A stretch of 64,000 nt of DNA, from positions 1 to 64,000 of IMG/VR virus record IMGVR_UViG_3300009408_000001; one strand, written 5' to 3'. The DNA comes from a virus. Below are positions 29,007-37,755 of this stretch, piece by piece. A program made the translations under genes and the position numbers. The notes under the pieces are model-generated. The model saw nothing but the letters and a program-made list of their open reading frames with translations, searched no databases and was not told where the DNA came from. Each line of letters begins with the position of its first letter. The first letter of the stretch is position 1.

Positions 29007-29627
29007 ATGAAACACACATTTTACCATTACGGATATGCCGGTTACAAACAGTTGCAGTCCAGAGCCAAACAGGGGTCGAACGATCCTGGTGAAAGAAAGA
29101 GAATGCAGGACTTGGCAGACATCGCTGGATACCCCGGTATTTATCCGGATCACATCTCGCTGTTCATTGAACGCATCCCAGTGCAACACATGGGTGCCAT
29201 CTACAAGAAGAGTCACGAGGTGTGGTTCGCAGGAAATGTTATTACCGAGTACCAGATTGAGTTAAGTGCCTTGAAGGATGCCGGGTATGTACTAGAAGAA
29301 ACCCCAGAGAAACGAGAGTTTTACCATGGTCCACTGGCCGATGCATGGTACGATGAAAACGCAAGTGAAGACGAACGTGCAAAGGTAAAGAAACGCTTAA
29401 ACGAGCTCCGGGCTAAGAACCACACCATTGGTAAGGGTACCAAAGAACTCATGAAAGGAATCACCCCCTTCCTAGGTACCACCCGCGATGCTTTCTTTGC
29501 ACTGGAAGGAAATGATACGGACAAATACGCACCGTATGTACCGCACCTCATGATGTGGCCAGTTGGTGGAACCATTGAGATTGCAGGAAGTAGAAAGGTA
29601 CGAATTGGGGATAAGAAACTGGGGTAG
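29007..29627 (+). CDS. Hypothetical phage protein
   Basis: 206 aa, GGAG RBS; FYHY..Y..L.SR and YPDHISLF..IP pattern resembles a jumbo-phage family of unknown function. Confidence 0.7.
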   Translation: MKHTFYHYGYAGYKQLQSRAKQGSNDPGERKRMQDLADIAGYPGIYPDHISLFIERIPVQHMGAIYKKSHEVWFAGNVITEYQIELSALKDAGYVLEETPEKREFYHGPLADAWYDENASEDERAKVKKRLNELRAKNHTIGKGTKELMKGITPFLGTTRDAFFALEGNDTDKYAPYVPHLMMWPVGGTIEIAGSRKVRIGDKKLG

Positions 29628-29774
29628 TGTAAGATGACAACCATTTACAGGATAGGGTTTATCAGTAAAGACGCCTCCTTAACGAAGCAGGATTAGAGAA
29701 AATAAGTTAGGTTGTGCGGTACCCTAACCCCTGGTCAAACCTGTATACTCGACATTACACGAGAGGAGTTTAAG

Positions 29775-30038
29775 ATGTTTGAAGATGAAACCCCAACTGG
29801 GGTGGTGACTGCCATGACAGTTGCTTTATTTTTTGCGGTGTTAACTTGGATTATGTTGTACATACACAACACCCCGGTGGACATTGACGACACCGTGTTC
29901 TTATCCATAACCGTACCCTTTGTACTACTGTGGTTGACTCAGAATAAGTTTAGCTGGACTGTACTTGTAATATATTCCATACAACAACATTGGAGTATGT
30001 ACTTTCCCCAGGGAATGTCACTCCCGTCGTTCTACTAA
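29775..30038 (+). CDS. Small membrane protein
   Basis: GAGGAG RBS before ATG 29775; 2-3 hydrophobic segments. Confidence 0.6.
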   Translation: MFEDETPTGVVTAMTVALFFAVLTWIMLYIHNTPVDIDDTVFLSITVPFVLLWLTQNKFSWTVLVIYSIQQHWSMYFPQGMSLPSFY

Positions 30039-30049
30039 TCACCCGTATT

Positions 30050-30112
30050 TAAGAACCATATTACCTTAATGATAACACACTCGTGTTATTTAATCAATTT
30101 GGAGATTTAACT
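30050..30112 (+). promoter_or_regulatory. Early promoter module
   Basis: aagaaccaTATTAC (30059-30064), ataacac-actc-gtgttat hairpin, GGAGA RBS. Confidence 0.8.
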
Positions 30113-30748
30113 ATGGGTTTTCGTATAGAGATCGGCATTCGCCTTGAAGCGATTATCAGAGTAAAGCGCATGCGCGTAGATACAGTGGCAGAGGAGGCAA
30201 ACCTCTCCCCATCCACGGTGAAGAACATCCTGAAGGGGAAGAACTACCCCTCTAAACCCACCTTGGCTTCACTGGCAAAGGCAGTCGGTACGACCATGGC
30301 ATGGCTAGCCTTCGGGTGCGTCTCCCACCGTCGGGATGAAGATACTGGGCAGATTTCCAATGTAGATATTTCCTGGGAAGAGGTACAACTGTACCTTAAT
30401 AACCTCAGGACGGAAAGGGGATACACGCTATTGTCCTTGGCAGAGGCAGCAGATCTAGACCCTCGGATTGTCTCGGATACGCTGTATGGTACAATGGGAC
30501 CATACCGACACCTATTGCCCGTCGCGGAAGCGCTTGACATTACCATGCAACAAGTGGTGACACTCGGGAAATCCAACCGGCGGGTACATACCCATCCACC
30601 CATGACTTCTTCTATGGTCGGTCTACTTGTTGAACGACTGTGGTACTGGAAACCAGGGGGGTTTTACCTCTGCGGTGACGGTTCCGTAATTGACCCAGTG
30701 CAAGCATGGGTGGAGGTATACGACTATGATGAAGCCCACAGCGTTTAA
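30113..30748 (+). CDS. XRE tandem HTH protein
   Basis: GIRLEAII...VAEEANLSPSTVKNILKGKNYPS..TL..LA.A.G..MAWLAFG; second HTH LRTERGYTL..LAEAA. Confidence 0.8.
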   Translation: MGFRIEIGIRLEAIIRVKRMRVDTVAEEANLSPSTVKNILKGKNYPSKPTLASLAKAVGTTMAWLAFGCVSHRRDEDTGQISNVDISWEEVQLYLNNLRTERGYTLLSLAEAADLDPRIVSDTLYGTMGPYRHLLPVAEALDITMQQVVTLGKSNRRVHTHPPMTSSMVGLLVERLWYWKPGGFYLCGDGSVIDPVQAWVEVYDYDEAHSV

Positions 30749-31379
30749 CCTGGAGGTCTCTTCCAGACTTAAAGAGACCAGAATGGGACTGGGACTTACA
30801 TTGGATCAGGTGGGTATCTTTTTGACCGGTCAAAGGGTTGATAACGTTGCAATGGAACACCCCCTGTATAAGTTACAATCCTCGTTGGTTTATGACCTCT
30901 GTGACCTATATGGAATTACACCGGAGTGGGCGTTTTATGGTGTAGATTCGTCACACGCCGATCACTTCGCTGTTGGATCTAACCGGTTGGATTTGCCAGG
31001 AATAGCTTCCAGGTTACGAATGATCCGAAAGGAAAAGGGTCTAACCCAACGGAGCCTTTGCGATTCTTCCAGTGTCAACATCCAGGCGGTCGGGTGTTGG
31101 GAAAGAACATCGTGGCCTAGTCATCACAGTTTGGTTAAAATTGCTGCCGGACTGTACGTGGGTATATCTGAGTTACTTTACCCGAGTAGGCAAACGAACC
31201 CACCGTTGATGAACACGATCCCGGAAATGCCTTGTTCTCAAAAGGTATGGGCTGTTTGCAAAGAAGATAACCGACTCGTCAGAGTACATACTCCAGGGAA
31301 GGAATTTCACCCTACCACACCAGGCGGTGTCAAGGGGTATTTCCTGGAGAACGCCGAATGTTACAAATACCGGCAGTAG
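30726..31379 (+). CDS. XRE tandem HTH protein
   Basis: SSRLKETRMGLGLTLDQV and ASRLRMIRKEKGLTQRSL...AVGCWE; GGAGG RBS. Confidence 0.8.
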   Translation: MMKPTAFNLEVSSRLKETRMGLGLTLDQVGIFLTGQRVDNVAMEHPLYKLQSSLVYDLCDLYGITPEWAFYGVDSSHADHFAVGSNRLDLPGIASRLRMIRKEKGLTQRSLCDSSSVNIQAVGCWERTSWPSHHSLVKIAAGLYVGISELLYPSRQTNPPLMNTIPEMPCSQKVWAVCKEDNRLVRVHTPGKEFHPTTPGGVKGYFLENAECYKYRQ

Positions 31380-31969
31380 TATCTGGATTTCCAGATAGGT
31401 TCGAGTTGACAATGTCACATTGCGGCATGTCGATGGAAGAGCTGGGTAGATGCATACGGGTTGGCCCTATCCGGTTGAACCATATCCCAACCGGGGAAGT
31501 AACACCCCTTGTATTACGCAAGGTTTCAGAGGCACTTGGAGTCACAACAGGATGGTTGGCATATGGGATAGAAGGCTACCACTACCGTGGAACTAGGTTG
31601 GGGACGCAGAACCTGGACCGCCGTGAGATAGCCGGTCGCCTTCTGGAACTCAGATACCACTTTGGAATCCACAGGATGGATGTTTCACGTGCACTTGGAT
31701 TCAATATAAGTTCTATTGAAGAGGCCCGGGGTGTTCCAGCCCGCTATCTGGATACCATAGCAAATTACTATGGGATGGATTTACATTGGGTACTGTACGG
31801 TGCGTGGACTACCGTCCCTGACTGGAAAAGGTATACCCCAGGAATAACCTTCGAAAGGGGAGTTTACTGGGTGAGATACAAAGATGGTCATATACGAAAG
31901 ACCACGGGGGTAGGTATGAATACCCTCCAACACCCTCAATGTATTACACATTGGGTACACGAAATATAA
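31358..31969 (+). CDS. XRE tandem HTH protein
   Basis: DRF..TM...GMSMEELG...ALGVTTGWLAYG and IAGRLLELR...YYGMDLHWVLYG. Confidence 0.75.
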   Translation: MLQIPAVVSGFPDRFELTMSHCGMSMEELGRCIRVGPIRLNHIPTGEVTPLVLRKVSEALGVTTGWLAYGIEGYHYRGTRLGTQNLDRREIAGRLLELRYHFGIHRMDVSRALGFNISSIEEARGVPARYLDTIANYYGMDLHWVLYGAWTTVPDWKRYTPGITFERGVYWVRYKDGHIRKTTGVGMNTLQHPQCITHWVHEI

Positions 31970-32005
31970 CACTGGGATTGTTCCCAGTAACACTGGAGTA
32001 TTAAC

Positions 32006-32515
32006 ATGTTGAGCATGAAAACGCTGGGTCAGAAAGTCCGCACCGAGCGGAACATAAAAGGAATCACCATTAAGGACTTGTCAAAGAGTTCAGGTGTGTC
32101 CGCCAGTACCATCTCCCGGGTGGAGAATGGTTTACCAGTAAAGGAGGCCATCCTTGCAAGGGTTTTACATGCAAGTGGCCTGTCCACCGAAGACTATTAT
32201 TTCGGTAAGGATGAACCCGTGTGGATCAAGGCAGGTGAATACATTCCGGAAGACCATAATGCACCATCCTACTGGATCTACAGTAAACAGAACGGGGTGA
32301 GTCTCATTCCTCGCCGTACCTTCTTGCACAAGGTGGCCACACACTGCCCTACTATGTGTATGTTCCAGTTGTCAGATGTGAGACTCCCGCCTCCTCCGGT
32401 AGGGGTACACATGGAAGACAATGTGTACACACCGGTCATCACCGTCACCTCTGCTGTCCCTCCAGAACACCTGGATGCGTATGAACGAATGCGCAACGAC
32501 TTGGCTGGCCTATAA
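32006..32515 (+). CDS. XRE HTH protein with DUF551-like Trp-rich C-terminal part
   Basis: LGQKVRTERNIKGITIKDLSKSSGVSASTISRVENG; then WIKAGEYIPE...YW. Confidence 0.8.
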   Translation: MLSMKTLGQKVRTERNIKGITIKDLSKSSGVSASTISRVENGLPVKEAILARVLHASGLSTEDYYFGKDEPVWIKAGEYIPEDHNAPSYWIYSKQNGVSLIPRRTFLHKVATHCPTMCMFQLSDVRLPPPPVGVHMEDNVYTPVITVTSAVPPEHLDAYERMRNDLAGL

Positions 32516-32562
32516 AGGTATGTAGGTGTGCGTTTCGCACACCAATTGCCGAGGGTTCTAAG

Positions 32563-32760
32563 GTGCCTACCGTTGTTAAAGTACTTATGGTTGTTGTGTC
32601 ACTAATATTGCTCGTCTACTTGGAAGGCGAGTTTGTATTCCGGTTCATTGACGGTGGATTTATACACCGAACGGTTGTTTACGGCAGGGTCGCCATGGTA
32701 ACCTGTTGTATTGTAATTGTATCAGTCATAGGTTACTGGTACTATGAAAAGGAGAAGTAA
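32563..32760 (+). CDS. Small membrane protein (2 TM)
   Basis: 65-aa hydrophobic ORF. Confidence 0.55.
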   Translation: MPTVVKVLMVVVSLILLVYLEGEFVFRFIDGGFIHRTVVYGRVAMVTCCIVIVSVIGYWYYEKEK

Positions 32761-33008
32761 TGGAACTGTTTGCTAATGTGGTTTCTGTATTGTTTTGGAT
32801 GCTTGTGACCTTTGTGCTACTTGGAACGGTATCCGCCATCGCACTGGTGGTGTATGGCGATTCCCTAGTAGGGGAAGCAAGTACCGGGGAGGTCATAGCC
32901 ACCCGGATAACATTGTTCGTTATTTCAATATTGTTGTTCACATTGAACATCCCGAAAACAACATACGGAACCGTGCTGTTCATATATGTATCATACATGT
33001 TCGTATGA
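32760..33008 (+). CDS. Small membrane protein (multi-TM)
   Basis: AGGAG RBS, TAATG overlap, 82 aa and highly hydrophobic; followed by a hairpin and T tract at 33017-33045. Confidence 0.6.
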   Translation: MELFANVVSVLFWMLVTFVLLGTVSAIALVVYGDSLVGEASTGEVIATRITLFVISILLFTLNIPKTTYGTVLFIYVSYMFV

Positions 33009-33085
33009 TGTTGCGAGACACCCGTTGGGTGTCCGTTTTTTTATGCCGGGAGTTAGTTATATGTGGCACGCACTGGGAGTGGGAT

Positions 33086-33295
33086 GTGATTCATGAAAGA
33101 CCCGATGGTACTGTAAGGGAGACGTTCTGTCTTTCTACCGGGCATTGGATAGTGATTGAAAATGAAAGTTACGTTAGCGTAGATACGAGTGCGGTATTTA
33201 CTGGGGCGCGTGTACGGTATTATCCTGGGGGATACACCTGTGTATCTCAAACAGGAGAGGTTATATTCTTACTTAGTAAACGAGGGGTGCCCTAA
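33086..33295 (+). CDS. Hypothetical protein
   Basis: GTG at 33086 with GGGAG upstream; 3' part of track ORF 32795-33295. Confidence 0.45.
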   Translation: MIHERPDGTVRETFCLSTGHWIVIENESYVSVDTSAVFTGARVRYYPGGYTCVSQTGEVIFLLSKRGVP

Positions 33296-33319
33296 TTGGG
33301 GTTACTGGAACAGGAGTAG

Positions 33320-33514
33320 ATGATGAACAAGTATGAAGTGATGGCTTGGGCAGTTGGAACCATTGCCACCATGATGTTTGTAACCAACCTAACCAGCAAC
33401 GAGTTGGCAAAGGGAGGGACCAGTTACCGACACACCCGTGTACCTGTAGCAATCGATCAGTTTTCGACTGATACTATCCCTACCCTAAACCAGGGTCAAT
33501 TACACACAAGGTGA
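33320..33514 (+). CDS. Small membrane-anchored protein
   Basis: AGGAG RBS; N-terminal hydrophobic segment. Confidence 0.55.
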   Translation: MMNKYEVMAWAVGTIATMMFVTNLTSNELAKGGTSYRHTRVPVAIDQFSTDTIPTLNQGQLHTR

Positions 33515-33520
33515 TTTAAC

Positions 33521-33799
33521 ATGATAGTGGACACACTGTTAACAACAGAAGATACCCCAGGTATAAGGAAACTTTACCTTAAACGCAATGGGGGTAAACG
33601 AGTACTGGGTATATTTGACACCACTATTGCTGCACCGAATCCAAGCAGCGGTACACTCCCTGTAGAGTGGAAAGAAGGTAAGTTGGGTACCCGGCACCTC
33701 AAAGTGGATGGATACGCGAATGGGAAACGCTGTTTCTGGTATGTTGTAGATGAGGGTAAACGCTACCCACAGATGCGCGAACAATACGTCTTGTATTAA
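33521..33799 (+). CDS. Hypothetical protein
   Basis: 92-aa ORF, AAGGTG RBS. Confidence 0.55.
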   Translation: MIVDTLLTTEDTPGIRKLYLKRNGGKRVLGIFDTTIAAPNPSSGTLPVEWKEGKLGTRHLKVDGYANGKRCFWYVVDEGKRYPQMREQYVLY

Positions 33800-33851
33800 A
33801 GGGGAAGTAGATGAAATAACTTAAAGAAGTAATGCGACGCTGGTCCCCCAT

Positions 33852-34277
33852 GTGGCGGGATTGAGTTACAGACTGATGCTCACCGTGTGTATCGCATCGG
33901 TTTATCTGTATACAACAAAGGCTCCTTACAGGAGTGTACCACCAACCCGAGGATTTAAGAAAATGTTTACCATGGTATTTTGGATTTACACTTTATTCCG
34001 CATTGTGGATTACATTGACGATAGGCATTGGAGAAAGGTAGGGTTAACACCAACCACGTATGTGTATAGGGGAAAGGGATTTAGGTTTGGTAGGGTAACC
34101 GAGAACACTGGGTACCTTAGCAGACCTATCTTTAACCGATACCTAAACCGTCGGCATGGCAACGATCCCCTACCCCTGGTAAAGGTTAAGGAAGGTTACG
34201 TGTTCAAACAGCCGGAGCGCAGCTACCTACTCAGAAGTACCGACCACAAAATCGTTGTCTGGACTGACAACAAATAA
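33852..34277 (+). CDS. Hypothetical membrane-anchored protein
   Basis: 141-aa ORF with hydrophobic N-terminal segments; start uncertain. Confidence 0.5.
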   Translation: MAGLSYRLMLTVCIASVYLYTTKAPYRSVPPTRGFKKMFTMVFWIYTLFRIVDYIDDRHWRKVGLTPTTYVYRGKGFRFGRVTENTGYLSRPIFNRYLNRRHGNDPLPLVKVKEGYVFKQPERSYLLRSTDHKIVVWTDNK

Positions 34278-34317
34278 CCCAGGTGCCCAAACGGGCACCT
34301 GCACTAGGAGAAGTAAA

Positions 34318-35124
34318 ATGAAACAGTATAAAGCATTGATTCAAGAAGTCGTTGACAATGGTTCATTTCGACCAGATCGGACTGGGACGGGTACCTTCGG
34401 GTACTTCGGGTTACAACAGGAGTGGGACCTTAGAAAGGGGTTTCCACTGGTAACCGGGAAGAAAACTAACTTCGACATGATCGCCACAGAGTTACATTGG
34501 TTCCTATTGGGCGGTACAAACACCCGCTACCTAACAGACCGAGGGTGTAAGATCTGGAATGAGTGGGCAGATGAAAAGGGTGAATTGGGTCCTGTGTATG
34601 GTAAACAGTGGCGTAGTTGGTTGGATTCTGAAGGGTTCACTCACGACCAACTGGAAACCCTGATTGACGGTCTCATAGGTAACCCGTATGGCCGACGACA
34701 CATTGTCTCCGCTTGGAACACAGGTGACCTACAGCGGATGGCACTGGAGCCCTGTCACATTTTGTTTCAGTGTCACGTACAGGATGGGGTGTTGTCACTG
34801 CACATGTACCAACGCAGTGCGGACCTCTTCTTAGGGGTCCCTTACAACATTGCCTCCTACGCATACTTGCTGCACCTTCTAGCTGCGTACACGGGTCTCA
34901 CGGTGGGTAGACTGATTGTAAGTTATGGAGACATCCACATTTATAACAACCACCAGCAACAGATTGCGGAGTACATGCACTCCCCCACATACACCTTACC
35001 CGAACTGATCCTAGATGTCGATGCCGTTAAGCGATCGGACCTGTTGACACAGTTACCTGACAAACCGTATACGTTAGTCGAGTACGAACATGGTCCTTAC
35101 ATTGCCGCTAAAGTCGCAGTATGA
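34318..35124 (+). CDS. thyA: Thymidylate synthase
   Basis: AGGAGA RBS, ATG 34318; DRTGTGT, GFPLVTGKK, ELHWFL.G, LGPVYGKQWR, RRHIVSAWN, MALEPCH, YQRSADLFLGVPYNIASY, GDIHIY.NH. Confidence 0.97.
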   Translation: MKQYKALIQEVVDNGSFRPDRTGTGTFGYFGLQQEWDLRKGFPLVTGKKTNFDMIATELHWFLLGGTNTRYLTDRGCKIWNEWADEKGELGPVYGKQWRSWLDSEGFTHDQLETLIDGLIGNPYGRRHIVSAWNTGDLQRMALEPCHILFQCHVQDGVLSLHMYQRSADLFLGVPYNIASYAYLLHLLAAYTGLTVGRLIVSYGDIHIYNNHQQQIAEYMHSPTYTLPELILDVDAVKRSDLLTQLPDKPYTLVEYEHGPYIAAKVAV

Positions 35125-35552
35125 ACACGACAAGGACAACACCAGAATACAACACGCGGTTCAAGCCCAGGACTTCGGTTACACTGGAACCGGGCATGGG
35201 GCTATACGACGTCAGTGTTACAGATTCCAATGGTGTTGCGGTTGCCACGTATTCAAACTACATAGTCCCTATGGTGGTGGTAGATGGGTTAGTAGCCTGG
35301 GTACCGGATACAGGATTCCTATATGGGTGTGGCATTCCCAATATGCCTCTTACCATGTATCGCATGGTTCCAGACATTGATGTAGAGATATCACGGGCGC
35401 TTAAGTTTGACCCCGTCCGTATTCTTCAGAAAAAGAAACAATTACTTATCCCAGTTTACACCTCCGGATTAGTATTAAGTGGCTATATTCTTGGGATAGC
35501 TACCTCGGTGTTTTTCTCCCTATTCTTCGAAATGAGCATACCGTGGAGGTAA
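35121..35552 (+). CDS. Hypothetical protein with C-terminal TM
   Basis: ATGA overlap with thyA. Confidence 0.6.
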   Translation: MNTTRTTPEYNTRFKPRTSVTLEPGMGLYDVSVTDSNGVAVATYSNYIVPMVVVDGLVAWVPDTGFLYGCGIPNMPLTMYRMVPDIDVEISRALKFDPVRILQKKKQLLIPVYTSGLVLSGYILGIATSVFFSLFFEMSIPWR

Positions 35553-35554
35553 CC

Positions 35555-36061
35555 ATGTGTAAGTTAAGTTTGTTCACGGCTGTCAGTATGGACAGTTATT
35601 TGGGAGACACGGCCTCCCGTTTGTTATTTACAAACCCACACGCACTGAAGCGACTGAAGGAGATTTCACAGAACAGTGCGTTGATCGTGGGTAAGCACAC
35701 CCATGCACTACATGTAGACCAACTGAAGGGAACAGCGTGTACAGTGGTCACAAAGGATGCAGAATACACCGTACCGACTGGACATAACCTGGCGTACAGT
35801 CTCGTGGAGGCACTAACGTGTACAGCGTGGGACTCGAAGAAACTGCACTTTAAGAACGGACCGTATGTGATCGGAGGGGAGTCTCTTTTGGGGGAGGCAG
35901 TAGCAAGGGGTGCCTTCTGTGAGGTAATGTTTCTAAAGGACTGTATCCGAGAGGGCATTCATTTCAAGACAGACTTCCTCATTCCCCATGCGCGGGAGGT
36001 TGCGATTATGCATTTGGCGGAAGGGGGTACCCACTCTACCGCGTATGGCCTGGGATCTTAA
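35555..36061 (+). CDS. folA: Dihydrofolate reductase homologue, active site degenerate
   Basis: GGAGGT RBS; DHFR pattern LSLFTAVSMD..LG, LIVGKHT, YVIGG..L; folate-binding Asp and Arg positions replaced. Confidence 0.7.
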   Translation: MCKLSLFTAVSMDSYLGDTASRLLFTNPHALKRLKEISQNSALIVGKHTHALHVDQLKGTACTVVTKDAEYTVPTGHNLAYSLVEALTCTAWDSKKLHFKNGPYVIGGESLLGEAVARGAFCEVMFLKDCIREGIHFKTDFLIPHAREVAIMHLAEGGTHSTAYGLGS

Positions 36062-36084
36062 TAAGGTTGGATCAAGCCGGATTA

Positions 36085-36168
36085 AAAACCATATTACCTT
36101 AACGATCATAAGCGTTGTGTTTATGGCATTATATTAATCACCGCTCTTACTGAGCAAAGGATACCCAT
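36085..36168 (+). promoter_or_regulatory. Early promoter with two leader hairpins
   Basis: aaaaaccaTATTAC (36092-36097), cataagc..gtttatg and gctc-ttact-gagc hairpins, AAGGA. Confidence 0.7.
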
Positions 36169-36588
36169 ATGTTTAATCGCGGCCAAGCAGTCCAAACGAT
36201 GAAAAAATTTATCTTCACCACCGGCACCAGGGCTACTGATGTGTGGGTTGGAGCTGGAGGAGCAATGCTCCTGAAAAGCAAATACCTGAGAACGATGACG
36301 TCAGACCTAGATGTTGGGGTGGATGCAAGGGAGTACAACCGGCTGAAGTCTCACCCACTGTGTCTTGGCGAACAGCCGATCCATGGGATGCCTGGGGAGT
36401 TCCTACTCTCCTTCCCGGATGAGGTTGATGTACACAAGGAGGACCGCCGCTTCCTTAAGCTGGAGTCGTACTGCGGCATTCTTCACTGGTCGATGGGGGA
36501 CGTGCTGAAACTAAAGTTACGTCTCAACCGGCCGAAGGACATTGGTGACATCGCCAAACTGAAAAGTCCAAAGGGGAATTGGCTGTGA
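36169..36588 (+). CDS. Nucleotidyltransferase, AbiEii/Pol-beta-like minimal
   Basis: VGAGGAMLL...LRTMTSDLDV (GG...DxD) and KLRLNRPKDIGDI (KD..D) motifs. Confidence 0.7.
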   Translation: MFNRGQAVQTMKKFIFTTGTRATDVWVGAGGAMLLKSKYLRTMTSDLDVGVDAREYNRLKSHPLCLGEQPIHGMPGEFLLSFPDEVDVHKEDRRFLKLESYCGILHWSMGDVLKLKLRLNRPKDIGDIAKLKSPKGNWL

Positions 36589-36764
36589 CACCCAGTGTAA
36601 TTGGAATCCTGGTCGCCCTCCTGGCAGGGTGTGCTTGGATCGCCAGTTCGCTACGGGAAAAGAAACTGGATTCGTGGGTTAAGTCCCACACTCCAGTTGT
36701 AATAACCTCTCCTTCCTCCCGGAAGGAGAACTCAATCCCGACTCTTACGGACCGGGTAAACTAA
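36585..36764 (+). CDS. Small membrane protein
   Basis: GTGA overlap; TM VIGILVALLAGCAWIA. Confidence 0.55.
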   Translation: MTPSVIGILVALLAGCAWIASSLREKKLDSWVKSHTPVVITSPSSRKENSIPTLTDRVN

Positions 36765-36809
36765 TAAACGACCGGGTGTAACACTCACCCGGTCAAGGAG
36801 TATGCTATA

Positions 36810-37718
36810 ATGAGTAAATCCCGCGCACCAGTATTTTCCCAGTCGGCTGCACCGTCTGGCCCATTGTCCATCCACCCACTTCCCGTCGGGCGGAGTGGCC
36901 ATGTCGAAGTCCGAACCGCCAACGGGCAAACCCGCCTGGTGGTCAAGCCAGTAAAACGCAATACCTATATCTCCATCCGGACACTAAGTCCGGATGAGCG
37001 TTATCAGAGAGGCTTCTCCACGGTCTCTGATTGTGGTAGATATTTCGCCTTCGGGCATGTAGAAAACAATAAGAAAAGGGAGAGAGCAATCGCTGTCTTA
37101 CTTTACTCCAGTACCGGTCGGTACTACGGAGTGGTACGTCAACTTGACTCCTCAAGGGGAGTCGAGGTCCTCACCGCTGAAGAGATCACCGCGATCACTG
37201 GTACAATCCACGAGGCGGCCACAACACCGCCCAATCTGGCTAATGTGGACCTGGGGAAGTATTCCTCGTCCATTGGGTCGATGCTTAACCCTCTTCTTCC
37301 GGACATTTCAACCCCCCAACAACTATGTTACGGAGCGTTCCTTCGCTCCGGTGTAGAAGGCGGTGCATACCTCCACCTTGATCTGGTTGACCCAATGGGC
37401 GAAAGCCTGTTAAAGGAACCACTTAAGGTCATAGCGAGATCAGATGCTGTGGCATCAGACGACAGTACTGTGGTCATTACCGTCAGTGCCGTCATGTTCC
37501 ACTCACAGATTATGGAGATTATGAAAGTCCACATTCTGTCGGACGGACACCTGTGGCCGGTTGCAGAGGTGTCTCTTGCTAAGGGCGTTCGTGCCAACAT
37601 GGCGGTGGCAACCGCTGTTGGTAAAGCAAGTTTCCTCCTCGAGGCTGCAGCCTTGATAAAGACTGATCTCCCCGGATGTTCAGGCATTGCGCCGTATTCC
37701 GTTTCGGATATCGCGTAA
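36810..37718 (+). CDS. Hypothetical protein
   Basis: 302 aa, AAGGAG RBS. Confidence 0.65.
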   Translation: MSKSRAPVFSQSAAPSGPLSIHPLPVGRSGHVEVRTANGQTRLVVKPVKRNTYISIRTLSPDERYQRGFSTVSDCGRYFAFGHVENNKKRERAIAVLLYSSTGRYYGVVRQLDSSRGVEVLTAEEITAITGTIHEAATTPPNLANVDLGKYSSSIGSMLNPLLPDISTPQQLCYGAFLRSGVEGGAYLHLDLVDPMGESLLKEPLKVIARSDAVASDDSTVVITVSAVMFHSQIMEIMKVHILSDGHLWPVAEVSLAKGVRANMAVATAVGKASFLLEAAALIKTDLPGCSGIAPYSVSDIA

Positions 37719-37723
37719 TTAAG

Positions 37724-37752
37724 AGGAGGGGATATCCCCTCCTTATTTTTTT
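37724..37752 (+). terminator. Intrinsic terminator
   Basis: aggagggg-atat-cccctcct plus T tract. Confidence 0.75.
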
Positions 37753-37755
37753 CCA

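Noticed and set aside
24553-35124. Inteins or group I introns in ligA, nrdB or thyA
   Set aside because: Lengths are normal (690, 394, 268 aa) and the motifs are contiguous.
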